Assembly: GCA_038087875.1 (NCBI GenBank)
Contig: CM075988.1
Span: forward strand, 25,050,001-25,114,000
Origin: Malacoraja senta
Lineage: Eukaryota
Length of the DNA stretch: 64,000 nucleotides
Direction: 5' to 3'
Positions within the stretch are counted from its first letter, which is position 1, and each line of letters starts with the position of its first letter. Of this stretch, positions 39,475 through 51,050 are shown in pieces. The translations under genes and the position numbers were made by a program. The notes beneath the pieces are model-generated. The model did no database searches. It was given only the letters and a program-made list of their open reading frames with translations, and was not told the origin of the DNA.

Positions 39475-40306
39475 AAAGGACAAAGGACAAAGGACATTTA
39501 TTGTCACGTACACCAATTGGTGCAGTGAAACTTGAGTTGCCATTTGCAGCACACCAATAAAAATAAGACACCACATTAAGGAAGAATTTAACATTGAACA
39601 TAAAAACATCCCCCCACAATGGTTCCCACTGTGAGGGAAGGCAACAAAGTCCAGTCCTCTTCCTCTTGTTCACCCCGTGCTCGGGGCCTATTTGAGGCCT
39701 CCACAGTTGCCGCAACGGCAGCCCGGTGTTACAGACCCTCTCGTCGGATGATGGAGATCCGGCGTCGGGAGAACACCCTTCAGCGGCTTGGAGTGTCTGG
39801 AACGGCCGCTTGCTGCCAGAGACCGCGGCTCCCGAAGTCCACAGGCCGCGCTGGTCGGAGCTCCAACACTGGCGATCTCGGCGAGAGATCCCAGGCTCCG
39901 CAGTGTTTAAACTCAGCACTGCCCGTGGCTGGACGCTCCGGTGCCACAGCTCCGCGATGTAGGAGTCGGCGGTCTCAGCACTCCGGAGCTTACCACATGG
40001 CGACCCGGGTAAGGCATCGCCCGCTCCGCGATGGTGCTTCAGCACTGCGCCGCCGCCGAAGCTGAAGTTCTGGCCAGTCCTGGCAGGAAACGCCGCCCCA
40101 GTCCCGTTGGTAGGCCGCGAGGAAGATGCAGCTCGGAGGAAAGCCACAACTCCGACCAGGTACGGACTGAGAAATACAGTTTCCCCCTTCACCCCCCACA
40201 TAAAAGGACTAGACCTCCAAAACAAAAACTTTCAACACACTAAAATAAAAAAAAGGGTGAAAGGACAAACAGCTGCAGGCGGGGCAGCCATACTCGACGG
40301 CGCCCC
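39475..40306 (-). mobile_element. GC-rich non-coding retroposon with Rex/Babar-like 3' end and (TGTCCTT)n tail
   Basis: Minus-strand 3' end tttcactgcaccaattggtgtacgtgacaataaa resembles the LINE end at 7635-7667; CpG-rich body; no tRNA head seen. Confidence 0.7.
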
Positions 40307-40754
40307 TATTCGATCCTTAAATATATAGGTGAATGGACAGGTAGTGATGGATACATGGCAAAAAGGCAGACAGAGAAACGTAGACAACATTTCCTCCTCC
40401 ACTTACAACCCATGGTGTGAACATTGAATTTTCTAATTTCAGGTTGTCCACTCCCCTGTCTCATTCCTGTATTGACCCAAAACATCAAGCTTCGCCTCCA
40501 CAGATGCTGCTTGAGTCGCCCAGTTTCTCCAGCAGTTTGTGGGTTTTTTTGCTCCAGATTCCAGCATCTGCAGTCTCTGGTGTTTCCAGACAAACCAGCA
40601 GATAGATAAATAGACAAATATTTAGAACGGGATAGCTGGAGAGACAGATGGGAAAATACTGTAGGTTCACAGCATTTGGTCATTCACTAACTTTCTGTTG
40701 AAGATCACCCGCGAGCTGCCGGAGGAGGTAGTTGAGGCAGGGACTATCATAATG

Positions 40755-41072
40755 TTTAGTTTAGTTTAGAGATACAGTTAAGTTGAGCGATACAGCACGG
40801 AAACAGGCCCACCGAGTCTGCGCCGACCAGCGATCCCCGCACATTAACACTATCCTACACACACTAGGGACAATTTACAATTATACCAATCCAATTAATA
40901 CGTCTTTGGAGTGTGGGAGGAAACCGAAGATCTGGGAGAAAACCCATGCAGTCACGGGGAGAACGTACGAGCTCCATACAGGCAGCACCCGTAGTCGGGA
41001 TCGAACCCGGGTCTCCGATGCTGTAAGCGCTGTAAGGCAGCAACTCTACCACTGTGCCACCGTGCCGCCCCA
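40755..41072 (-). mobile_element. V-SINE nested in a CR1 3' fragment (~40705-41232, +)
   Basis: SINE motifs; atgttta on both flanks. Confidence 0.85.
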
Positions 41073-41282
41073 TGTTTAAGAATCAATTAGACAGGTACGT
41101 GATAGGATGGCTATAGAGGGATATGGGCCAAACGCAGGCAGGTGGGACGAGTGTAGATGGGACATGTTGGTCAGTATGGGCAAACAGGCCGAAGGGCCTG
41201 TTTCCATGCTGTATGCCTCTATGACCATGACTACCTCTAAATCAATGGTTGGCTCTCAGAGAACCCTCTGACTTCAGAACAA

Positions 41283-41450
41283 ACATGTCGCGGGGTGACG
41301 CCTGTTTGGTGGTGAGTCGTCGCCCAAAGAGTCGTACCTTTTTCTGGTCGCCGCTGGATTTTCAACACGTTGAACATTTTCGGCAACGTGTTGCGACTAT
41401 GACGGGTGCCGGCAAGTCGCCGAAAAAATCGCGTAAGTGGGACAGACCCT
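41283..41450. mobile_element. Half copy of the palindromic Harbinger-like MITE
   Basis: Begins acatgtcgcgggg (the axis of 20920-21241) and ends agtgggacagaccct. Confidence 0.8.
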
Positions 41451-41684
41451 TCAAATAGACAATTCTTCATCAGCAAAGATTGAAACATGAATTGGATTGA
41501 CAAGACCGTGAAGTTGAGATTACTGTAAGATCACCTTTTATGTTATTGTATGGCAGAGCAGGTTGAAGGGAAGGAGTAACCTATTTATAGAGTCGCACAG
41601 CACAGAAACAGGCCCTTGATCCATCAGGTTAACAGGTTAACTATGAAGAACCTATCTATACTTATCCCATTTTCCAACATATGG

Positions 41685-41922
41685 TTTAGTTGAGTTTAGT
41701 TAAGAGACACAATGTGGAAACAGGCTCTTCGACCACCCACAGAAGCCAATTAAACTACAAATCTGAACGGCTTTGGAGTGTGGGAGGAAACCGGAGCACC
41801 CAGAGAACACCGAAGCAGTCACAGGGAGAACGTACAAACTCTGTACAGACAGCACCCGTAGTCAGGATCGAACCAAGGTCTCTGGCGCTGTGAGGCAGCA
41901 ACTCTACCGCTGCGCCACCGTG
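41685..41922 (-). mobile_element. V-SINE (internally deleted)
   Basis: V-domain and tRNA head on the minus strand. Confidence 0.85.
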
Positions 41923-42466
41923 CAGCTGTTCAATCTAACTTCCACAGTATTAATTGCTTTGAAGTACTCCAGCATTTTGTGTCTATCTTCGGTTTAAACC
42001 AGCATCTGCAGTTCCTTCCTACTCATACAATGTGAGTTCTGACATATCTACTGACGTGTGGCGTTGGTGTTTTGCCACCTTGCATTGAATCACGCGTCAT
42101 TTTTGCAATGCTTTCATTGTGCTTTCATGCTACTCATCAACTTCACCCTACAGAACAGACTCACACAGTAGGTATACAACCTGACATAGAACATAGGATA
42201 GTACAGCACAGGTACAGGCTCTTCAGCCCACAATGTCTTTGCTATTTGCCTGCTTCCTTCCTGTACTGTAATGTAAAATTCACTCGGACAAGGTGTGTCA
42301 AGGAGAACACATTATTGTGGCGGTAGATATTCGACGCAACCTGTTGCATGGTACACACGACGCTGCCATTGTGAACTATGTGGTGGAGCCGTTCATGACA
42401 GCATTGGCCTCACCAGCCACAAAGCAACAAGTAGACTTCAGATTAAGTTACAACACCAGAGTCGCA

Positions 42467-42740
42467 GGTGGCGACGGTAGAGTTGCTGCCTCACAGCACC
42501 AGACACCCGGGTTCGATCCTGACTACAGGTGCTGTCTGTACCGAGTTTGTACTTTCTCCCCGTGACAGCATGGGTTTTCCCCGGATGCTCCAGTTTACTC
42601 CCACACTCCAAAGACATCCAAGTTTGTAGGTTAATTGGCTTATATAAAAATCGTAAATTGTCACAAGTGTGTAGGATATTGCTAGGGTACGGAGATCGCG
42701 GCTCGTCGTGGGCACTGTGGGCCAAAGGGACTGTTTCCAA
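42467..42740 (+). mobile_element. V-SINE
   Basis: B box gggttcgatcc, V-domain. Confidence 0.85.
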
Positions 42741-42822
42741 ACGGAACATTTTTCGTAAGGTGCCCCACAGATTTTAAAGGAATCTTTGCTCAAGGTCTCT
42801 GGACCTGTTAGGTGGTGGGCCC

Positions 42823-42904
42823 ACAGGTGAGATGGTCTTTGGCATGCTATGCAGCAACCATACAGGTGAGATGGTCTTTGGCATGCTATGCAGCAACCAT
42901 ACAG
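42823..42904. repeat. Perfect 39-bp tandem duplication
   Basis: acaggtgagatggtctttggcatgctatgcagcaaccat x2 plus acag. Confidence 0.95.
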
Positions 42905-43157
42905 AGTCTATCGCTGCAAAATACAACATCTAAACCAGAGCTGTGAAGGTACAAAGGGAGCTCTATTCCGCATCTGAAATGCACTGTAACTGGTGTGGAA
43001 TATAGAAAGGAACTGTGTAGAGGAAATTTTACTCTGTGTCTAACCTGTTCTTTACCTGTCCTACGAGAGTATGAAGGACAGAATAGAGATAAGTTTATGT
43101 TGTACCTTTGCCGTACCAGCCCTGGATGTCCTACTGGGAAAATAGACATTGTGTTTT

Positions 43158-43925
43158 AGTCATAGAGTCATAGAATCACACAGCATGGATAGAGGCCCTT
43201 CTGCCCAACTTGCCTACACAGGCCAACATGTCCCATCTACACTAGTCCCACCTGCCTGCGTTTGGCCCATATCCATTGGCCATTTAGAACGGAGACGAGG
43301 AAACACTTTTTCTCACGGAGAGTGGTGAGTATGTGGAATTGTCTGCCTCAGAGGGCGGTGGAGGCAGGTTCTCTGGATGCTTTCAAGAGAGAGCTAGATA
43401 GGTCTCTTAAAAATAGCAGAGTATGGGAATATGGGGAGAAGTCAGGAACGGGGTACTGATTGGGGATGATCAGCCATGATCACATTGAATGGCGGTGCTG
43501 GCTCGGGGCCAAATGGCCTACTCCTGCACCTAATGTCTCTTGTCATTTGTCTATCCCTCCAAACCTGTCCTATCCATGTACCTGTCTAACTGTTTCTTAA
43601 ATATTGTGATAGTCTCTGCCTCAACTACCTCCTCTGGCAGCTTGTTCTACCCATCACCATATGTGTGAAAAAGTTACCCCTCAGATTCCTATTCAATTGT
43701 TTCCCCTTCACCTTAAACCTACGTCCTCTGGTCCTTGATTCCCCTAGCCTGGGCAAAAGACTTTGCATCTACCCTATCTATTCCTCTCATGATTGAAGAC
43801 ACCTCCCGAAGATCACCCTTCATTCATTCCCTGCGCTCCAAGGAATAGAGTCGCAGCCTGCTCAACCTCTCCCTGTAGCTCAGACCCTTGAGTCCTCGTA
43901 AATCTTCTCTGCACCCTTTCCAGCT
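43158..43925 (-). mobile_element. CR1 3' fragment with a nested opposite-strand CR1 (~43277-43552)
   Basis: Inner ORF PFRTETRKHFFSRRVVSMWNCLP; the outer copy matches the reverse complement of 12715-13205. Confidence 0.85.
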
Positions 43926-44197
43926 TGAAGTATCTAAACCATGTATCTAAACAGCCCAATGATGTTGGATGGGAAGGAGTTTTCCTCTGTACTTAATCCG
44001 TGCTGTACCAGCCATAAGAGTATTTGTGGACCAAGTGCATTCTTCTGTTTCTGACCTGTGCTTTGCAAGTAATCAATCGTTTTCAACGGTTACACCTCGT
44101 TCCCCTCTCCCTCACATACATCCACTGCAAAGCTCAAAATAACATTCACCTCTCTTCAAATTCAACAAGAATTTCACAAGCGGACACGTGAATTCTA

Positions 44198-44461
44198 AGT
44201 GTAAGAAGGAACTGCAGATGCTGGTTTGAATCGAAGGTAGACACAAAATGCTGGAGTAACTCAGCGGGTGAGGCAGCATCTCTGGAGAGAAGGAATGGGC
44301 GACGTTTTGGGTCGAGACCCTTCTTCAGACTGGTGAAGAAGTCTGAAGAAGGGTCTCGACCCGAAACATCGAAGAAGGGTCTCGACTCGAAACGTCGCCT
44401 ATTCCTTCTCTCCAGAGATGCTGCCTGTCCCACTGAGTTACTCCAGTATTTTGTGTCTACC
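44198..44461. mobile_element. Long fold-back Penelope-derived palindrome with hammerhead cores on both strands
   Basis: 44236-44331 is the near reverse complement of 44340-44461; the core is tandemly duplicated at 44345-44370 and 44371-44396. Confidence 0.85.
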
Positions 44462-44914
44462 ATATGAATTATTTTCAGTTCCAGTAAAAAGTGTGACAGT
44501 TATAAAAATAGGCAAACACGGGGCACTTTTCCCCCTAAATGGTCGACTTGAGGGAGAAGCCTGCAACGTTGTAACATTTTTATAGACTAGCATGGATAAT
44601 TCGGTCCTTAATTTCAAAGCTTTGAAGGTGAGTCTTGACCTTCTATCAGCTACAGGTTGACGATGTCCTTAAGGGATGTACACGAACCATAACTGGTCCA
44701 CACACAGATGTACGCTCTGCCGGGCTGTCAGCACTCCAGCACCCCCACAATGCCTGAGGGACTGCAGCTGGGGAAGGGGTCAAAACAACTAAATGCCGGG
44801 CGGCTATGCCCTGCCTCGAACGAAGCCTTCAAGTTGAGTAACAGCCAGACTGGACACCCCTTCCTGTGCCTCTTCTTGCAAAGAGATCTTTCCTTCAATT
44901 AGAAAGCACCCCCT

Positions 44915-45291
44915 CTCTTGTTCTCATATTCTCTCTCTTGCTCTCTCTCTCTCTTCCTCTCTCACATTCTCTCTTTCACTCATATTCAATCTTTCTCTGG
45001 TTCTTTGTCTGCCTCTCTCTGTCATATTCTCTCTCTCACACACACGTTCTCTCTCTGTCATATTCTCTCTCTCACACACACGTTCTCTCTCTGTCATATT
45101 CTCTCTCTCATTCACACATTCTCTCTCTCTCTCATATTCTATCTCTGTTTCTTTGTCTATCGTGTATTTCCTACATTCTCTCTCCCACACATTTTCTCTC
45201 CCTCTCTCTCATTCTCACTTTTTCTCACATTCGATCTCTCTGTCTTTGTTTCTCTCTTGTTTGCATATTTTTTCTTTCTCTCGCATTTGCT

Positions 45292-45386
<95 letters not shown>

Positions 45387-45436
45387 TCTCTCTCTCTTCC
45401 CCACTCTCTCTCCCCCTCTCTCTCTCTCTCTCCCAC

Positions 45437-45492
<56 letters not shown>

Positions 45493-45538
45493 TCTCTCTC
45501 TCTCTTCCCCACTCTCTCTCTCATTCTCTCTCTCTCTT
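44915..45538. repeat. (CT)n-rich polypyrimidine tract
   Basis: Directly visible. Confidence 0.95.
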
Positions 45539-45540
45539 AC

Positions 45541-45662
45541 CCTGTGTGGATTGCAGTTGCTGGCAGTGCTGGCTCGGGTCCATACTGCACAAAGACCTGG
45601 AATTTCCAACTGTCTGCTTGTAATCTCCTGTGTCAGTTCTTGTTAACGTTTCAGCGTGAAAT
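45541..45662 (-). other. Candidate 122-nt spliced exon (unidentified transcript)
   Basis: Minus-strand acceptor cctctctgcctcttcAG, donor AGG/GTAAGA; one open frame FHAETLTRTDTGDYKQTVGNSRSLCSMDPSQHCQQLQSTQG. Not recognised. Confidence 0.3.
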
Positions 45663-46739
45663 CTGAAGAGGCAGAGAGGCGGTGGGACGTTAGAACCATG
45701 ATCAGAATTCTTATGCAACTGCAGGGCGATGTGAATGGCATCCGAATCGACACACAGACCACTGACGCCAAAAGAAGAAACAATATCAAATATATAATGT
45801 CAGGATTTCGATCGCTGGGGATCTGGGCTGAAGACTTCTCAGCCATTTAATGATATTAGTTTTTTTTTTACAAAAGTTGTGCTCGTTGATGTGAATGAGC
45901 TAGGCTTTTGTGAAAAGATGTTAGGGACTGGGAATGAGTTGGAGTAGAACAGGGAACCACAAAATGGCTGCATGGTTTAATCCAGATTCCATTTTTTAAA
46001 TATTTGGACTCAAGACAACACTGACATATCACCTAGTTAAGCCTCAACTGATTTTTTTTTTTCAAGTATTTTAATTGGGAGAATAAAGAAAGTAAATCAG
46101 AATTAAAACGTTCTCCAATATTTACTTATTTTCCTTTAGTCTTTGTTAGCCTCTGATGGAACAGAAGAAGCATTTTCTGCATTTATGTTCCGATAGGTTG
46201 TCCAAGGAATCATGAAAACCACACGACCTTGCTTCATTGCCACCTTATTCCCATGAATCGCAGCCTTAACAATCCCGGAGGAGAGTTTGAGGTGACATTT
46301 TCAACATTGACTCCATAATAAATGACTCACTCTGGTGAAGCTCTAGAGGACGCAGGTGAAACACCAGGGGATTGTGAGTAAGGAGCATTGCAACCAATTT
46401 TGACATTAAGAGGCATCTGGATACTTCTGTGCTGAATCGGTCTCCCATTCCATCAAATTAGCTGAGCAGAGGGTGAAGTTACTGGGGAAGTTCAATGGAG
46501 AAAAGATACAGTGCTGCAGTAACTCAGCAGGTCAGGCAACATTTCTGGAGAACATGGATAGGTGACGTTTTGGGTCAGGGTCTTCAGATTGATGGCGGTG
46601 GGGTGGGGTTGGGGGGAGGAAAGCTGGACAAAGCCTGGCAAGTAATGAGCAAAGAAGAGCAAAGGGGGTGGTTTGGTCAGTCTGCAGAAAGGTCCTAACC
46701 CAAACGTTACCTATCCATGTTCTCACCTATCCATATCCA

Positions 46740-47613
46740 CGAGAGTCACGCTGCTCGGTGGGCGGTGCGACTCTCGTCAGCAGCGGCCTCTGCAGTCCGT
46801 CTGTCTTTTTATTATTTTTGTCTCGTTTCTATGTAGTTTTTTTTTTTTTTTTTTTTGTCGGGGTATGTGTGTGGGGGTGGGGTGGGGGGGGAACTTTAAA
46901 ATCTTTCCCCTGTACGGGAGACCCGACCTTTTCTTTGTCGGGTCTCCGTTGTCGTTGGGGCTGGGCAACGTGGAGCGGCCTCCAGCAGGAACGACCTGGG
47001 GCTCCAGTTGCGGAGCTGCGGACTACTCACCGTCACGGGGCTGGCCGAGTCCAGAGCGGGTGGATCTGTGGTGGAGCGCTGCTGCTACCCGACCCGACCC
47101 CCAGAGATTGGGAGGCTACAACCGCGGGTCTAGCGGACGGCAACACCGGAAGCCTGCGGGTCCCTGGGGGGAGACCGCTTTTCGGGGCTTCCGCAGCGGC
47201 GACTTCTCCCGCCCGAGTTGCGGGGTTGAAGAGCACCTGGAGTCGGGGCTTTGCATCATCGCCCCGCGCGGCTTGGAATGGCCGCGGGACTTTGCGAGCG
47301 CACGCCGGGGCTCTAACACCAAGACCTTGCATTACCCGGCGTGGCTTTAATGGCCGCGGGACAATCACCATCGCCCGCCAGGGGCTTTGACTTTGACTCT
47401 GACATCGGGGGGGGGGGGGGGAGTGCAGTGGAGAGATACGTTTTTTTTTTGCCTTCCATCACAGCGCTGTGATGGATGTATGTGTAAATTATGTTGTGTC
47501 ACGGGTCTTCTTCGTTTTGTAATGTATGGCTGCAGAAACGACATTTCGTTTGGACCTCAACGGGGTCCGAATGACAAATAAATTGTATTGTATTGTATTG
47601 TTGTATTGTATTG
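46740..47613 (+). mobile_element. GC-rich non-coding retroposon with (TATTG)n tail and 5' hairpin
   Basis: CpG-rich body; 3' tgccttccatcacag...atttcgtttggacctc..ggggtccgaatgacaaataaa(ttgta)n. Confidence 0.7.
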
Positions 47614-47989
47614 TAATGACAATGCTGGATTTGAGCAACAATCAGATGCATTTTCCAAAGCTGCCAAATCTGATTTAATCTTCTGCCTCCATTTGCTCAA
47701 CTCCATCTTCTTGTTATTAGCTGGCACATTAATCCATGCAGGTATTGGTTGATAATGGCAGCTATGTGCACTAAAGAAATATCTCTATTAGGTGTCAATA
47801 AATTGCGAGACTAAACACACATATCGACGCCATTCTACATCCAGTAGCCTTGCTGTTTTGCTCGTGAATTAATTTTAAATTCCTTAATCTGAAGCATGCC
47901 ATTGCGCATCTGGAGAACGAAGCATTGAAATATATGGTATGTAAGTGAGGTTTCAATTGGACAAAAAAGGAATTATTAATTGGACCTTG
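47614..47989 (+). repeat. Segment duplicated in inverted orientation at 52187-52560
   Basis: Manual alignment: about 13 differences over ~375 bp. Confidence 0.95.
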
Positions 47990-48309
47990 TGGGAAAGAAG
48001 ATCCTATCAGTTTACATGTGCCACTTGGCTTCCCAGATCAGGAGATAATGCCAGTTCCTGGACTGCAGCCAATTCCTTTGTTTTACCTTTATTAGTTACA
48101 CCATGCCCCGTTGAATCTGGAGTATCATGACTTTAGCTGATTGACATTGTGGGAGTGTAAGGCTGGTACTAACGGCTCCAGGGCAGGAACACATTCTGTT
48201 TAGGCATTCTTGATTGTTATTTTTCCACATTCTCTCCTCCCCTCTCCAAAAGATACTGACGCATTCTGGGCTAAAGTTGCCACCACCTCCTCAAACTAGT
48301 GTCCATAAG

Positions 48310-48480
48310 TAAAGTCAAGTCAAGTATCCTTTATTGTCATTCAGACATTTCAGTCTGAACGAAATTGTGTACCTTGCAGTCATATCATAGAATAAAATAA
48401 CAAGACACACACTTAAACACAGTTTAACATCCACCACAGTGAGTCTACCAGGCACCTCCTCACTGTGATGGAAGGCAATG
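48310..48480 (-). mobile_element. 3' fragment of the same retroposon group, (CTTGA)n tail
   Basis: Minus strand tgccttccatcacag...atttcgttcagac..gtctgaatgacaataaa. Confidence 0.65.
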
Positions 48481-48857
48481 TCTCCATTTCTCACGTGCGG
48501 TTATTTACGGCTATTAAATCAGCTGATTCCATTGAACCCACGCTGCCGTTAACACATTAGATTTGAGGGTTGACGGCTGTCACATTGAAAATGGCGCAGA
48601 CTGTCTTGGTTTAGAAGGAGAGGCGATCTGATTCTCCGAGGGGCATGACCAAGTAAATAGTGTGAGGATGCTTCCTTGAGAGTGAAAGGTCCAGAATTGG
48701 TTTATTGGGAGATAAATGATCGAGTATTTAAAGTTTCAATGAGGGGAGTTTTCTTTAGGGAGTTGTGAATTGTTAGAATTTGACTCAGATTGATTTCTAA
48801 ACTACAGAGAAAATGTGGGAAGTAGTCCAGAAAATAGATTTGATGCTAATGATTTTC

Positions 48858-49167
48858 AGTTTAGTTTAGAGATACAGCGCGGAAACAGGCCCTTCGGCCC
48901 AACGAGTCCGCACCGACCAGCAATGCCCGCACATTAACACTATCCTACATGCACTAGGGACAATTTTTACATTTATACCAAGCCAACTAACCTACAAACT
49001 TGTACACCTTTGGAGTGTGGAAGGAAACCGAAGTTCTCGGAGAAAACCCACGCGGGTCACGGGGAGCACGTACAAACTCCATACAGACAGCACCCGTAGC
49101 AAGGATCGAACCCAAGTCTCTGGCGCTGAAAGGCAGCAACTCTACCGCTGTGCCATGGTGCTGCCCA
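48858..49167 (-). mobile_element. V-SINE, near full length
   Basis: Same motifs as 31570-31893. Confidence 0.9.
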
Positions 49168-49864
49168 AATTAAGAAGTTCTTGAACAGATGAGCACATCC
49201 GAAGGGTGGTATTGAGTATTCACAGAACATGGAGCATAGAACAGTACAGCACAGAAACTGCCCCTTTCTTTTCTGGCTTATATTAATAAATTAGATCTAT
49301 ATGCAATCAACATGTTCATAAAATTTGCCAAAACAGCTGTGTGTTTGATGATGGGGGAGGACATCTGTGGACTCCAATAGGCAGGTTATGTTGAGAGGGA
49401 ATTCAATCTGGAGGTGTAAGAGTGGAAGAACAGACAAGACAAAAGACTAGAGAATAAATGATCAGATTCCAGGAAGTTAGAGGAAGGGAGGGATCTTGGC
49501 GTACATGTCGACAGATCTCTGAAGGTGACCCAACCGGTCGATAAAATTATTAAGAAAACACTTTGCATTATTGGCTGGAGCTTGTAACATACTGTAAGTG
49601 TTGCAAGGTCATAGTAAAACTATATTAATCATAACTAGAGTACTGAATACAGTTTTGGTCATAGCTTTGTCACTTCCACTCCAAGGTCTTTTAAACTTTT
49701 TTAGACTTTAGGGATACAGCGCGGAATCAGGCCCTTCGGCCCACCGAGTTTGTGCTGACCAGCGATCGCTCCATACACTAGCTCTATCCTACACACACAC
49801 GGAACAATTTGTAATTTTACCAAAGCCAATTGCCCTGTAAACCTGTACGTCTCTGGAGTCATTC

Positions 49865-51050
49865 AAGTCTCAGTCACAGCTTCAGAACATGGGAAGCACT
49901 TGCTCATGGGCACATCAACGTCCAAGATCCAAATATTGTTGACTTGCTCGTCAAAGCGTTCAGGAGAGTGGATCCTACACTAAATATCTGCGAGGCAATC
50001 AACTGCCAACAGTTTTCTCCATCGCGTAATATTTCCCTCAACAGCCACATACAACAAGAGACCCAGGGAAATGTAGACCTTGGGAGCCACCTCTCCTGAA
50101 TCCACCAGTGCCCACAGTCCACCGGCATTGCCTCTGGCTACCTGCAGAAAAGAGGCTTTGTAGATACAGACCCCAAACCTGGCACTAGTGTCATAGAGTC
50201 ATGCAATGTGGAAACAAGCCCTTTGGCCCAACTTGCCCACACCGGCCAACATGCCCCATCTACACTCGCCCCGGGACCACAAATGAAATGTGTTAAACAT
50301 GGTTTGTGTTAAAGTGGAATACTTGTAACTTTGTCGCCGGCGTTTATTTGATAACAAAAGAATATTACTATGACTTGTCACATGTAACAATAAAGTATCA
50401 TCCATCCATTCATTCATTCATTCATTCATCTGCCTGTGCTTGACCCATAACCCTCTAAACCTATCCTTTCCACGTACCTGTCCAAATGTCTCTTTAAACT
50501 CTTGATCTCCCAGGCAATAGTTATCCCTGCCCGCCTGTGTGCTTCAACAACATGGCTTAGCTGCAGAAGGCTCCTCGAACCCCAATACCAGCTCTACCAA
50601 ATGCCCAAAGACTGTTGGCAGGATAAATGAAACAATGTCATTTTCCCCTTGCAGGAACTGAGGCTTGAACTGTACTCTGCCAGCTCCGATGCGCTGACCA
50701 CACCACTTGCACACCTAACATTGGAATCCCAAAACAAGGACCAGCTGTGAGCTTTGTCATGGCCAGAGATATTGAGGAGAACAAAGGGAAAGGCCTGTTG
50801 AAAAAGTGTAACATCCGCACGCGTTCAAACATGGAGAAGACATTTAAACATCACAGATCTCTTCAGGAGCATGCTGAGCCAAACATAAACAGTGGAACAA
50901 ATGGAGAACCTTCTGAACAAACCATCCTTCTGCTCAGAAAAGCACCTCCTGCGTCTATGAATGACTCCCACATAGACATCATCTGCCTCCTGGCAACTCA
51001 AAGATGGAATGGAAACAAGCCATTCTTGACCCGGATCCACTGCTTAAAAA
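49865..51050 (+). mobile_element. Highly decayed RTE-clade LINE, interrupted by younger repeats at ~50185-50495
   Basis: Remnant peptides NIVDLLVKAF..TLNI, NVD-LGSHLS, ASGYLQKRGFVD.D.KPG, AIVIPARLCASTTW, WQDK, ELCHGQR, LLKKCNI occur in the order of an RTE RT C-terminal half. Confidence 0.65.

Noticed and set aside
44866..45666. Ser/Leu and Arg/Glu ORFs
   Set aside because: (CT)n/(GA)n repeat artefact.
46668..47390. 240-aa and 225-aa GC-rich ORFs (also 39473-40225)
   Set aside because: Stop-poor GC-rich repeat bodies, open in multiple frames on both strands, with no domain signature.
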